From Octopus bimaculoides (taxonomy: Eukaryota): a stretch of DNA of 64,000 bases. Positions 12,200-24,465 of this stretch are shown piece by piece. The notes beneath the pieces were generated by a model. It was not told the origin of the DNA. It was given only the letters and a program-made list of their open reading frames with translations, and did no database searches. Where the stretch lies: assembly GCF_001194135.2 (NCBI RefSeq), contig NC_068983.1, forward strand, positions 158,176,413-158,240,412, given 5' to 3'. The number at the start of each line of letters is the position of its first letter. Position 1 is the stretch's first letter. The translations under genes and the position numbers were made by a program.

Positions 12200-12310
12200 A
12201 CCAGATTGGAGCCTGATGCAGCCAACTGGCTCACCAGTCCCCAGCCAAACCGCCCAACCCATGCCAGCATGGAAAGCAGCCGTTAAACAATGATGATGAT
12301 GATGATGATA
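12200..12310 (+). mobile_element. Retroposon 3' end with (GAT)n tail (RTE-like)
   Basis: caacccatgccagcatggaaagcagccgttaaacaatgatgatgat. Short simple-repeat tails are typical of RTE-type 3' ends; the clade call is inference. Confidence 0.5.
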
Positions 12311-13499
12311 TATATATATATATGTATATATATATGTGTGTGTGTATATATACACACATACATATGTATATACACACACACATACATATATATACACACA
12401 CACACATATATATATACACATACATGTATATTGGATAATATTTACAGGAATTGTATTGAGAGGTATGTGTAGCCCATCTGGAAGTTTTCTTAAATGACAT
12501 TTGGCACTAACAGCAACATACATGAAATACTTTGACACAAAACTTGAGTACTTTTGGCAATAAGAGCTCAAAGAGATTGTTACAATAATGACAATTTCTT
12601 GACAAAGTACAAAGATAAGAGTAGAGGAAATACAGCTGATGGAATTTGATTATGCCTCTATATCTACTATTAGAACAGCATACGGAACTAATTGCATATT
12701 TTATGACCTGTGTATTCTATGATCATAGGTATCCCATCCATAATCATTTTATCTTTTTTTCAAGTATCATGTGTCAAGGACCACATTATTCAAGGTATCC
12801 TCATTTTAAAAATAATAGGGTTTTGTTACGAGGAAGACTTACTGTTTACTTCTAGCAAGTCAAGCAATTATGGAGAGACTCCCTCATTGTTTCTGACTAC
12901 TAATTGTTCAACCTTTGCATCAGTTTTGCAGTATTTTACAATTCTTTCATATATCTAGGAATTAGAAACCTGTAAATTCTCTCATTTTTTTAATTAAAAG
13001 ATACCCTCTTATATACACAATGTTGCTGTTATTCAACCTGCATGTTATTAATTTCATACCACTTCTAGTTCTCTCTTTCATAGCTTCCAATACACATTTT
13101 TGTTTATAAACTCAGCAACTAACTACTTGCATATCACTTCCATTCAGACACACCTGTCACATTCCTCTGAACTAACTAGTTGCACACCACCTCCACCAGG
13201 TCACCTGTCTTTCCTCTCGTCACACCGGAGTCTCACCTCCAAGCCCCCATACTAATCACCTTATCAAGTCTTTCTTCTGCAGAAATTCAATCTCTTAGAT
13301 TGTTCACATTGGCTTATAAATGTTCAAGAATAAACAATTGAATTGATTTCATCAGTCTCAAAGGACCTATCTAGGACTTGGGTACTACCCTTGCTCCTTT
13401 GATGTAACTGCAGAAGAAAAAAAATTAAACAGACTCAGTAAAAAGGGTTTTTTTTAATAAGAGACAAAATGTTGAACATAGAAATCTATATAAATATAT

Positions 13500-13921
13500 T
13501 TGTTACTCTTTACTCTCTCTCTTTTACTCTTTTACTCGTTTAAGTCATTTGACTGTGGCCATGCTGGAGCACCGCCTCTTAGTCGAGCTAATCGACCCCA
13601 GGACTTAATCTTTGGAAGCCTAGTACTTATTCTACCGGTCTCTTTTGCCGAACCGCTAAGTTATATATATACACGCATAAGTATTATGTATATGTGTATA
13701 TTCTTTTATTCTTGTTTCATTCAGTCAACTGGCTGTGGTCACGATGCAGCATCGCCTTTTACTCGGAGAAATCGACCCCTGGACTTATTCTTTGTAAGCC
13801 TGGTGCTTATTCTATCGGTCTCTTTTGCAGAACCGCTAAGTTACGGGGACATAAACACACCAATATCGGTTGTCAAGCGATGGTGATGGAGGACAAACAC
13901 AGACAAAACACACACACATAA

Positions 13922-13991
<70 letters not shown>

Positions 13992-14150
13992 CGATGGGCT
14001 TTCATTTTCCGTCTACAAAATTCCTCACAAGGCTTCGATCATCCCGATGCTTTAGTAGAAGACACCCAAGATGCCACGCAGTGGGACTGAACGCAGAACC
14101 CTGTGGTTGGGAAGCAAGCTTCTTACCACACAGCCACATCTGCGCCTATA
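13500..14150 (-). mobile_element. SINE-C composite (one full copy plus an extra 3' half)
   Basis: Two tandem core blocks (13545-13665 and 13720-13900), an internal (CA)/(TA) tract, and a tRNA-like head at 14075-14145 (gtgggactgaac..agaacc.tgtggttgggaagcaagcttcttaccac). Confidence 0.85.
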
Positions 14151-14172
14151 TATATATCATTTTTATATAAAC

Positions 14173-14249
<77 letters not shown>

Positions 14250-14339
14250 TGTATGTATGTATGTATTGATGTCTAGACATCATGCATGTACGTGCGTATG
14301 CGTGCGATGCATCCTCAATTATAATTCGTTCAATGTCCT

Positions 14340-15750
14340 TGGGCGACTGAGTGACTGAGCGAAACACTGAAGTTGTTGGTGGTTGCTTTAAATATAGTTG
14401 AATATTGTAGGCGATACCTTTTCTGGTTTTGTTAACACATTATAAGAATAAGAAAAAAGACCGATTATATCCACATGCAATCCAAACGTGTAGCCAAGAG
14501 GGCGTTTCAGTCGTTCATTAGCGCTAAAAAGAGAGAGAGACGCTCCTGGGAAAACTTCCAGACACTTGAAAAAATCCGGCTGTACCACTTGTTGGATTTG
14601 ACAACTCTTCTTGCTTTATCAATGTTTCTTTAACTGAAGAACTAGTCCCAGCCAGAACCACTGGACTTTAACTGAACCCCTAATCTAATAATACAAGCTG
14701 CTGCTACTATGCTGCTGTTGTATTTGCGTCACCATGTTCCAATGACAAGCCCATGGAATCGTCCCGGTTGATACAGGTCTCGTAATCATCTGATACTTTT
14801 GCAATAGAGTGCTGACTACCTCGATTTCTGAACTTTTGATACCTTGGGGGTGACTGGGTACGCGATTGAAGAACGACAATCTTGTTTGAGTGGAATGCCA
14901 CTTAATTTCTAATTCTGTTGAGTTGGTCCAGTACCAAAACATAGAGGAGCCAAATGTGCCATACAAAATGGTTCCAAAAAAATTGTTGCTAAGGTTAAAC
15001 CACCATGCAGACACTGTTGTATATTATAATGATCTCATCTTTGAAGACTGGAACAAAACTGGATTCTCCTAGGGCCGTTGCTATGTTGCGATATCTAACC
15101 TTATTCTAAACTTCGGCTTGATCCAAATTGATGAGCGCCTCATCGAAGCCACATGTATTGTTGACCCACCTACAATGTATTGCACGCGACGTGGACAATG
15201 GGGAGGGGATCAAATTTCTGCGTCTTTCACTATTTTGTGTCTGCCAATATTTTGTCTAACACCTTTACTAAGATTTTCCTTCTTTTTTCTACCCACAAGG
15301 GGCTACACACAGAGGGGACCAACAAGGATAGACAAACGGATTAAGTCGATTATATCGACCCCAGTTGCGTAACTGGCACTTATTTAATCGACCCCGAAAG
15401 GATGAAAGGCAAAGTGGACCTCGGCGGAATTTGAACTCTGAAATACCGCTAAGTATTTCGCCCGGCGTGCTAACGTTTCTGCCAGTTCGCCTTTACTAAG
15501 ATTTTCAACACTTCATTTTCAACACTTCATTTGACAAAGTAATGAGCCTGAGTTGTTTATCTCTTGTTCGAATTGTTGCTCGAATTCGTTACTATCTCTC
15601 GAGACGAAGTGTGGTGACACTCTCCTGAATCGGAATAAACTTGGTCTGCTGCAGGAGAAGCTGCCATGTTTATAGCGAGCAGTGTGGGATATGGTAAATG
15701 GCAAAACCATCCACTCATGTATAATTTGCCCTGCACACACCGGCTTTTAT
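14340..15750 (-). pseudogene. Decayed Tx1/L1-type LINE reverse-transcriptase fragment
   Basis: After removing the nested SINE: LRLITLSNEVLKILVKVL (cf. RPITL.N.ELKILAKVL), GFDEALINLDQAEV*NKVRYRNIATALGESSFVPVF (cf. GALINLDQ.KAFDRV.H.YL..VL...GF.P.F) and EIEVVSTLLQKYQ...CINRDDSMGL (cf. AKIN.EKS.GL). Many stops and frameshifts. Confidence 0.7.
15279..15489 (-). mobile_element. SINE-A, alternative-tail variant, with a 17-bp TSD
   Basis: cctttactaagattttc occurs at 15262-15278 and 15490-15506. Confidence 0.9.
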
Positions 15751-15754
15751 GGAG

Positions 15755-16111
15755 GGAAAAGCAAAGTCGACCTTGGCGGAATTTGAACTCAGAACGTAAG
15801 GACGGATGATATGCTGCTAAGTATTTTGTCCGACGTGCTAACGACTCTTCCCACTCGCCGCACTACTACTTCTACTACTACTACTGATGATGATGATGAT
15901 GATGATGATTTATACTGTAGATACAAGGCCTGAAATTTGGGGGGGAGGGGCTTGGCTGATTAAATCGACTCCACTCCAGCTACTTGTTTCATCAACCCCA
16001 AAAGGATTAATGACATAGTCGACCTTGGCGGAATTTGAATTCAGAACGTAAAGACGGACGAAATGCCGCCAAACATTTTGTCCGGCGTGCTAACAATTTT
16101 GCCAGCTTGCC

Positions 16112-16115
<4 letters not shown>
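15755..16115 (-). mobile_element. Two SINE-A copies (5' half at 15755-15860; near-full at 15915-16115)
   Basis: aaagtcgaccttggcggaatttgaactcagaacgtaa occurs in both. Confidence 0.85.
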
Positions 16116-16164
<49 letters not shown>

Positions 16165-16964
16165 TATTATTATTATTATCATTAAGAAGATGGAATAGGA
16201 GGAGAAAAGAAGACATCTGTTGTAAGAAATGAATAAGTTATGAAGAATGCGCATCAAACGAAAGAATGAACCTAGATTTATAACTTAGAAATAGCGAACA
16301 ATTAATCCTCCAATATGTAACATCGGCTGCCAGTTTAGATTAGAATATCGTAGAGAAGGAAAGCTGTTTATTTTGTTGTTGCTGATACCACGAGGGAAAA
16401 AACTGTTTATGGCTTCTATTTTATTTTTAGAACTCTGTTCACATTTTGTAATACCCCTTCCACTGATTATTTTCTTTCATATTTTTGTATTATTTTACTT
16501 CTCTTTAGTGTAGAATGTCGACTCTCTGCAATCAACCTGAAATACCTGATGTTTTATCAATCATGCCATATTATAAACTAATTTCAAGAAAGTCTTTTTT
16601 TTTACTTTTGTCTTTTATTTAATAGTTTTTATAAAGGAAAAAGTTAAAAAAAAAAATTAGAATCAAATTTTGAAACATAAGCATATAATGCCGGATTTAC
16701 AGGTGAATAAAAATGAAAGGTTGCGACATATGCCAAGAAGTTGAACGACAGAAATGTAACATATCATGTGAGCAATTAGAAGACTTGTGGGCTTGTGAGG
16801 TTGGTTCACTAGATTCTTATTGCTGCAATAAGGCGGTTGCTCTGTAACATAAACTAACATTAAGATCACTTGACTGAGCAACAGCGTTACCTTTTTAATA
16901 CAAGAAAATAAGTGTTGAAAAACATACAGCCATATTTAAGAATAATATACTATATGTTGAGTTC

Positions 16965-17185
16965 CAAGAAAAACTGGTTTCAAATTTTTAACCCCAGGCT
17001 AGCAATTTCGGGAGTGGAGATAAGTCGATTACACCGACCCTAGTGTTCAACTGGTACTTATTTTATCGACCCGAAAGGACGAAATGCAAAGTCGGCCTCG
17101 GTGGAATTTGAACTGAGAGCACAAATTCGGACGAAATGTTGCTAAGCATTTTGCCCAGCGTGCTAACGATTCTACCAACTCACCG
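16965..17185 (-). mobile_element. SINE-A copy
   Basis: Family consensus match. Confidence 0.85.
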
Positions 17186-17736
17186 TTTTAAGCTCCAAGA
17201 AAATTAATGCTGATGTATATACATGATGGACTCTTGTCTTGTACAACAAAAAGGTAATAGTAATTGAAATGATAATCGTAAATTGCATTCAGTTATAATT
17301 TTTCTGTCATTAATTAGCAATGTCGAAATGTCCTGAACCCATTATATTTTATTTTTCCTTTCCTATCTAAAACTAATTCAATAAACAATCGAGAATTAGA
17401 ACGTTGATGTTCGCTCAGTCACACACACACACATACTCACATACACACACACATACACACATACACACACACACATACACACACACATACACACACACAA
17501 TAAAAACGTCGGGTGAATTAGACTAAATCACTTAATGCGCCCGCTAACATATATAAACCCTACTGCTAACTGAACAACGTAAACCATACTTCCACACAGA
17601 CTATCTCAAGTGCTTCATTCTACTTAACTTGATTCTCCTTCACAACTTCAGTAGACTCACATCACAAAAAGCAAATACAAAGAAGATAGAAGAAAGGGAG
17701 AAAGGATGTAAGTTACTAAATTCTGAGCGTGTGTGG

Positions 17737-17737
<1 letters not shown>

Positions 17738-17805
<68 letters not shown>

Positions 17806-17815
17806 CTTTCTATCT
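17738..17815. repeat. (TATC)n microsatellite
   Basis: Directly visible. Confidence 0.95.
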
Positions 17816-18403
17816 AATTAATTCAGTCTGACTATCAATTCAATTATCTATGAATAAAAATATATATCTAATATATCTACAAATTAGTATGAGTACACAT
17901 ACATGCACGTACACACAGTCACGGTGACATATACTCACACACACATATATAGTATTACATATACATGAGTGTGTATATATGGGTGCGTGTATACACACAA
18001 ATACATATACATACATACTCACATACATACACACTAAATATATACAGGTGATGGGTGAGTGGTTTTATGTATTTTTGTATATGTGTACATCGACGTGTGT
18101 ATATAAACGTCCCTGTAAGTAATCAAAGACAGCTACTTCAGACTGTCAGGAATTACTAACGACTAATAAAAACACATTTTAGCATAGATATCACAACTGT
18201 CCAATGCCTTGAATTCTCTGCATGCCTCTTGTTAAAGAATAAAAGCAATGGAATGACAATGACAACGTCCAACCAAATACCAGTAACTATTTCTAGTGTT
18301 GTTATGTCCTTCATATTTAAGCTCATTCTAAAATAGAATATTGTACACGTCCCACTGATTCATAATTTGCATTCGTGTGAAGTATACTTTAGAGGGTGTA
18401 TAT

Positions 18404-18610
18404 CTAAAAGCCCCATTCATCTCGCTGGAAGTACTGAGCAGTACCATTCTCACGCCTTACACGTCGCCCAATGATTCTTAGACGCTTCTTTTCATAAACC
18501 CACGCTATATTGTCTGACCTGGCATAGTCAACTTGAACATTATTGCATTTGTTGTCAAATGCAACCCCGTCATGAAGAGTTGTATATGTGCAGAATTGTT
18601 TGGTTATGAT
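18404..18610 (-). CDS. Candidate terminal exon of an unidentified gene (68 aa)
   Basis: acag| acceptor directly after a (GT)n tract, then IITKQFCTYTTLHDGVAFDNKCNNVQVDYARSDNIAWVYEKKRLRIIGRRVRRENGTAQYFQRDEWGF*. Non-repetitive; no homologue recognised. Confidence 0.25.
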   Translation of the reverse strand: MITKQFCTYTTLHDGVAFDNKCNNVQVDYARSDNIAWVYEKKRLRIIGRRVRRENGTAQYFQRDEWGF

Positions 18611-18615
18611 CTGTG

Positions 18616-18661
<46 letters not shown>

Positions 18662-18864
18662 ACACACACACACACNNNNNNNNNNNNNNNNNNNNNNNNN
18701 NNNNNNNNNNNNNNNNNNNNNNNNNNNNNNNNNNNNNNNNNNNNNNNNNNNNNNNNNNNNNNNNNNNNNNNNNNNNNNNNNNNNNNNNNNNNNNNNNNNN
18801 NNNNNNNNNNNNNNNNNNNNNNNNNNNNNNNNNNNNNNNNNNNNNNNNNNNNNNNNNNNNNNNN

Positions 18865-18899
<35 letters not shown>

Positions 18900-19489
18900 T
18901 TGGAAATCATCAGTGTTTGTTCAACGCTGTTTGAAATTGATAAAAAAAATATCCATTCTAAACGGTTCTATTTTCCACAAATTGGCAAGTGGATTTAAAA
19001 CAGATCCAGCTATCAGCCAAATCTATTGGGAAGATTGCCTTACTGTATTTCATTGATCAAGGAGGACAATTGGTTTTCTTCTTGTGTTTGTGGTTAAAGA
19101 GTTTGTCTGAAAAGATTCAGGATCGATACTGTTGTTTTTGGCAAAGTTCTCTTTTTAATGCAACACTTGTAAAGTATGATATTGACTGGAAGAGAAATTC
19201 TACTCTTCAGTCAGTTTGCAGAAAGTGGGGTTAAATTAGCGTTTCTGTCCCGAATGAATAGGCAAAATCTCAGCAGTAGATCGATGACCATAATTTGGGG
19301 ATCATTTTTCTTGGTAGAAAGGATATTCCTGGATATGTGAGATTCTCTGATTGACGTCAGCTTTTCACATATTTTGTTTACTGTGTCTTTTTATTATACA
19401 TACATAATTTGCCCTTGTGACAAACATTTAGTATTTGGCAGGATTGTGCGTTGGACAAAATACCTGGTGGTATTTGTTTCAGCTCTTCA

Positions 19490-19940
19490 TGTTATAGATT
19501 CAGATAAAACCGAGATCAGCCATACCATTCCTCTCTGCGGAGTCGATCGAATAAAGTCCTAGTAGTTCTATTAAGGTCGATTTCATCAATTAATGACCTT
19601 CCCCCAAATTTCAGGCCTTTTATCCAATAATAGAAACAATTATTATTATTATTAAGAAGAGGGTTATTTCGCCCCCGCCCCTACGTCGACTTTGCCTTTC
19701 ATCCTTTTGGGGCCGATAAATTATCAGCTCCATACTGGGGTCGATGTAATCAACTAGTCCCCTCCCTGCAAATTTCAGTCCTTGTATCTATAGTAGAAAG
19801 GATTCTAGCTTCTCCCAAACTTTCAGGCCTTGTACCTATAATGGAAGGAGATCGATGAAGTACCAGTTGCGTACTGGGGTCGATCTAATCGACTGGCCTC
19901 CTCCCCACAAATTTCTGGCCTTATGCCTAGAATAGAAAAG
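19490..19940 (+). mobile_element. Cluster of 3-4 partial SINE-A core/tail pieces
   Basis: Repeated ggggtcgat..aatc.act...aaatttcaggccttgt.cctata.tagaaa blocks. Confidence 0.75.
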
Positions 19941-20412
19941 ATTACAAAATGTTTTCGCTTCAAACCCGAACATTCGCTTTCAATATTTTCTGTTTGTAAC
20001 TCTAGAAAATCAAATATTCCCGTTTTTACCTGTTATTAGACTGCAGTGGATACCAACCATTCACGAAATAATAGCCATGATATGGTTCAATCATTAAAAA
20101 ATAAATTACTTCCAAATATCCAAGAAATGAGATGTCTCCATAAAATGACCGACTCCTTTTATTACTATAAGGATCATTCAAAAACTGAACCGCATTTCAA
20201 AGTATTNNNNNNNNNNNNNNNNNNNNNNNNNNNNNNNNNNNNNNNNNNNNNNNNNNNNNNNNNNNNNNNTGTGTTTATTATTTACTGCAGTGAAATCATC
20301 TGAGTGACCAGATAGTAGTTCTTGCGACGAATATTTTGACTCATAATTATAAACTTTCTGTAAAGTTATCAGTTATTGTGTGTTTTGGGATGGCTAATAT
20401 GTGGCTTGGTGA

Positions 20413-20760
20413 AGGCGCATGGCTCAGTGGTTAGAGCGTCGGGCTCACAATCAAGAGTTAGTGAGTTCAATTTCCGGGCTGGGCTTTGTGTTGTGTTCTT
20501 GAGCAAGACATTTTACTTCATGTTGTTCCAGTTCACTCAGCTGTAGAAATAAGTTGCGACGTCACTGGAGCCAAGCTGTATCGGCCCCTTTGCCTTTCCG
20601 TTGGATAACATCAGTGGCGTGGAGAGGGGTGGCTGGTATGCATGGGTGACTGCTGGTCTCCCATAAACAACCTTTCTCGGACTTGTGTCTCGGAGGGGAA
20701 CTTTCTAGATGCAATTCCCATGGTCATTCATGACCGAAGGGGTTCTTTATCCATTTTGTA
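20413..20760 (+). mobile_element. SINE-B (tRNA-derived head, CORE-like body)
   Basis: A box tggctcagtggttagag, B box gagttcaatttcc, then gttgtgttcttgagcaagaca...gttcactcagctgtagaaat. Confidence 0.85.
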
Positions 20761-20864
20761 TCTTCTATGTTGCAATCGTTTTAGTTTAGTTTCGTTGCAC
20801 GGTCTCAAATCGAATCATTTGCTCGGCAGGTACACCTCCCAAATATACATCTAAGCTTTTCTAG

Positions 20865-21260
20865 TTATACTTTTACATGTTTCAATCCTTTGCTTGCGAC
20901 CATACTGCAGCACCGCCTTAAGGGGTTTTAGTCGAAGAAATCGACCCCAGGACTTATTTTTTGTAAACCTAGTTCTTATTCTATCGGTCTCGTTTGCCAA
21001 ACTGCTACGTTACGGGGACGTAAACACACCAACAGCTGTTGTCAAGTGATCGAGAGGTGATAAAGACAGACACAAAGACACATACACACACAAACACATA
21101 CAACGGGCTTCTTTCAGTTTCCGTCTACTAAATCTTCTCACAAGGCTTTGGTCGGCCTGAATCTATAGTAGAAGACACTTGCCTTAAGTGCCACGCTTTG
21201 GGACTGAACCCGGGACCATGTGGTTGGGAAGCAAACTTCTTATCATACAACTATACCTAC
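20865..21260 (-). mobile_element. SINE-C full-length copy
   Basis: Head, internal (CA) tract, core and tail are all present in reverse. Confidence 0.85.
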
Positions 21261-21469
21261 GTCTCTGATTAAATGTTGCATCTCGGAATTTGAATTTTGC
21301 ATGTCTGGATATTAGACGCTCTATCTGATCTCAAAAACATGTAAGCGTAAACACACACACACACACACACAATCACAAACATACTCGTTAAATGATTATT
21401 AACTGATAATCATAAAAATACAGAACATGTTTTTTTCTTATATAGATACATATAAGAACATATATGACG

Positions 21470-21707
21470 TACGTACATAGTCACACAAACTTATACACAT
21501 AGACACACTTAAACAAGCGCATACAAGGAGACAGAAGTACACACACAAATACACACACACACAAATACACACATACACACACACAAATACACAAACATGA
21601 ATATGCAGAATACATTCAAACGTACACATACGCAATGCATACACACATACGCATACATACACACACACATACATACATACACATACATACATACATACAT
21701 ACATACA

Positions 21708-21738
<31 letters not shown>

Positions 21739-21790
21739 GAGTATACACCTGTACACTGACGCAAACACATGCGCACAAACAAACAAAAAG
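21470..21790. repeat. Compound (CA)n/(CATA)n microsatellite
   Basis: Directly visible. Confidence 0.9.
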
Positions 21791-22139
21791 AACACAGCTC
21801 CGATAACGGACAGAAGCAACGAAAATTTTAGAAAAAAATAAATAAGTAAATGAGCGGAAATCGAACCGGTGAGTGTGTTAAGAAGGCATGAAAACAGGAT
21901 GACTCTCCCGAGACACAATAAAACATGCTTCAACACACGAATTCACACAAAGAATCCTGAAAAGCAAATACAAAAACGAAATTATATAAGAAGGTCTAGG
22001 GATCGTTAACTATTTCCTTCACTCCGTCTGTCTTTCTTTTTCTCTCTCTCTCTCTCTTTGTTAAGATGTCAATCCTTCGTTAGTAACAGAACAGAATTAA
22101 CAAATATCTTGTCAATGTTACAGTGTTACTATTCCTCCA

Positions 22140-22158
22140 TCGATAGATTGTACCAGTT

Positions 22159-22255
<97 letters not shown>

Positions 22256-22262
22256 CTCTTCT
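22140..22262. repeat. (TC)n microsatellite
   Basis: Directly visible. Confidence 0.95.
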
Positions 22263-22348
22263 CCCTTTCTATCCAACTTTCTCTTGTATGTTGATGTGTT
22301 CGTTTGTGTTTTTTTAGTTTTAAAAAAATTGGTTGGGGATTGAATATT

Positions 22349-22723
22349 CTTTTCTACTCTAGACACAAGGCCCGAAATTTTGGGGGAGGGAGCCAGTCGA
22401 TTAGATCGACCTCAGTACGCAACTGGTACTTAATTTATCGACCCCAAAAGGATGAAAAGCAAAGTCGACCTCGGCGGAATTTGAACTCAGAACGTAAGGA
22501 CATACGAAATACCGGTAAGCATTTCGCCCGACGCGCTAACTTTTCTTATTTCTTTACTGCCCACAAGGGGTTACACACAGAGGGGACAAACAAGGACCGA
22601 CAAACGGATTAAGTCGATTATATCACCCCTGTGCGTAACTGGTACTTATTTAATCGACCCCCGAACGAATGAAAGGCAAAGTCGACCTCGGCGGAATTTG
22701 AACGTAACTGCGGACGAAATACC
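22349..22723 (-). mobile_element. Dimeric SINE-A (alternative-tail unit fused to standard-tail unit)
   Basis: Two head-to-tail units; ggattgaatatt flanks the pair (22337-22348 and 22724-22735). Confidence 0.8.
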
Positions 22724-23479
22724 GGATTGAATATTGAATAAAGGGGGATTGAATATTGAATAAAGAATTGTCAAGTTTGGGAAAATATGGCCTAAAATAA
22801 AGTTATCCATGCAAAATATGATCTCCGAAATTACCATATAATGTTAGCTCTATTTCTTGAAATGATGTTAACGGCACTGAAAAATTTGGTACTATTTGAA
22901 CGTCTCTTGGAATGATATGAAAAACTTTAATAGAATGAAATAAATGCTACTCAGCATAAAAACTAAAGATAGGTGGATATTAAACGATGAAGCTGACGGA
23001 ATGACAAGCGTGGATACTGGAAATTTTCGCCCTCCCAAAGCTGATATGACCTGCTCACGAAAACCTGAGGCAAAAAGACTTACTGTTTCAGCATGTCAAT
23101 CGTTCGGCCGATGGATCCATTTAAATGTAATGAAACGTCAGACAACGGTGACATTAATTGGCCAGTACGACTTGATGACCTTTCACCGTTGATATAGAAT
23201 CAAAGGAATTGTCGACTACCTCGTGAAAAGGTCATTCAAATATTGGAGATTATCATCATTATTTTCATGCATACGGGGGTCGGCTCTACCACCACCACCA
23301 TCATCATCATCATCATCGTTTCATTATCTTCATCATCGTTGTTACCACCACCGCCACCACCACCAACATCATCACTTTACTCATTTGTAACAAGATCAAG
23401 TGTATTAGTTGCAATGAACATATGAAGACAATTCTATAGTCAGCGGAAGATAGCCATTCAGCATCCCTGTTTGCGAAGT

Positions 23480-23620
23480 TGTAATTATTATTTTGGGCCG
23501 AGAGGAAGCTGTGCCTGAAGTGTCGGGTAGAGGTGATCAGCACGTATATCGTTTCGGTGATGTACTACATCTTGACAGTGGTGCCATGTCTGTGGAAATA
23601 TGGACTGTCTCAGAGCTTTC
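23480..23620 (+). mobile_element. Tx1/L1-type LINE fragment (post-RT region)
   Basis: ERKLCLKCRVEVISTYIVSVMYYILTVVPC; the same region is seen at 25440-25540. Confidence 0.6.
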
Positions 23621-23809
23621 TGCCCACACAACAAAAAAAGAAAAGAAGAAGGAAATGCTCTTTACTGCTGCCAAAACCACTGCTACAAAAGCAGCAGTGT
23701 GCAATAACAGAGGCAGCACGATAAAAAGAAAGAGCTACAACAACAACATCTGTACTAATGTGAACGATTGCAGCAACAACAACATCAACGCACCACCTAC
23801 AATCGCAGT

Positions 23810-24136
23810 TGTTGTTGGCACTCCGTCGCTTACGACGACGAGGGTTCCAGTTGATCCAATAAACGGAACAGCCTGCTCGTGAAATTAACGTGCAAGTGGC
23901 TGAGCACTCCACAGACACGTGTACCCCTAATGTAGTTCTCGGGGATATTCAGCGTGACACAGTGTGACAAGGCTGGCCCTTTGAATTACAGGTACAACAG
24001 AAACAGGAAGTAAGAGTGAGAGAAAGTTGTGGTGAAAGAATACAGCAGGGTTCGCCACCATCCCCTGCCGGAGCCTCGTGAAGCTTTAGGTGTTTTCGTT
24101 CAATAAACACTTACAACGTCCGGTCTGGGAATCGAA
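23810..24136 (-). mobile_element. SINE-B subfamily with (CAA)n tail and 9-bp TSD
   Basis: tRNA-like head (tggcccagtggttagggcagcggactcgcggtc...gtttcgattccc). TSD aatcgcagt at 23801-23809 and 24137-24145. Confidence 0.9.
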
Positions 24137-24364
24137 ACCGCGATCCTATGACCGCGAGTCCGCTGCCCTAACCACTGGGCCATTTCGCCTCTACATAATC
24201 GCAGTAGAGACTGTGGAAACAGTTACAGCTTTAGCACGAACAGTATCAGCAGCAGTAACTGGCAGGGGTGGGGGTGGTGATAAATATAACAAAATAATCG
24301 CCACCCAGTGGTTATCCTAACCCGACACCTCTTTGTACTCTTGCCCCGTTCCTCCCCGTCCTAG

Positions 24365-24465
24365 ATGCACAAACATTGACATATACGCACAAGAAAACGT
24401 GTCCTTGCCCACCCTTACCTACCAATCGAATTCTGCAGACCATTGTTGTGGTGATGAAGAAGAGG
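24365..24465 (+). CDS. Candidate internal exon (101 nt), unidentified
   Basis: Long pyrimidine tract plus ctag| acceptor and G|GTAAGA donor. Two frames are open (e.g. CTNIDIYAQENVSLPTLTYQSNSADHCCGDEEE). Confidence 0.2.

Noticed and set aside
12310-12430. Self-complementary (TG)/(TA)/(CA) tract able to form cruciform or Z-DNA
   Set aside because: This is inherent to alternating purine-pyrimidine microsatellites, which are ubiquitous here.
12840-12954. IYERIVKYCKTDAKVEQLVVRNNEGVSP*, reminiscent of an ankyrin/TRPV 'N..G.TPL' motif
   Set aside because: There is an in-frame stop before the gtaagt donor and no supporting exons; the similarity is too short.
21851-21875. ATG AGC GGA AAT CGA ACC G|GTGAGT as a possible first coding exon
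   Set aside because: Only 19 coding nt, and a perfect donor is expected by chance in 64 kb.
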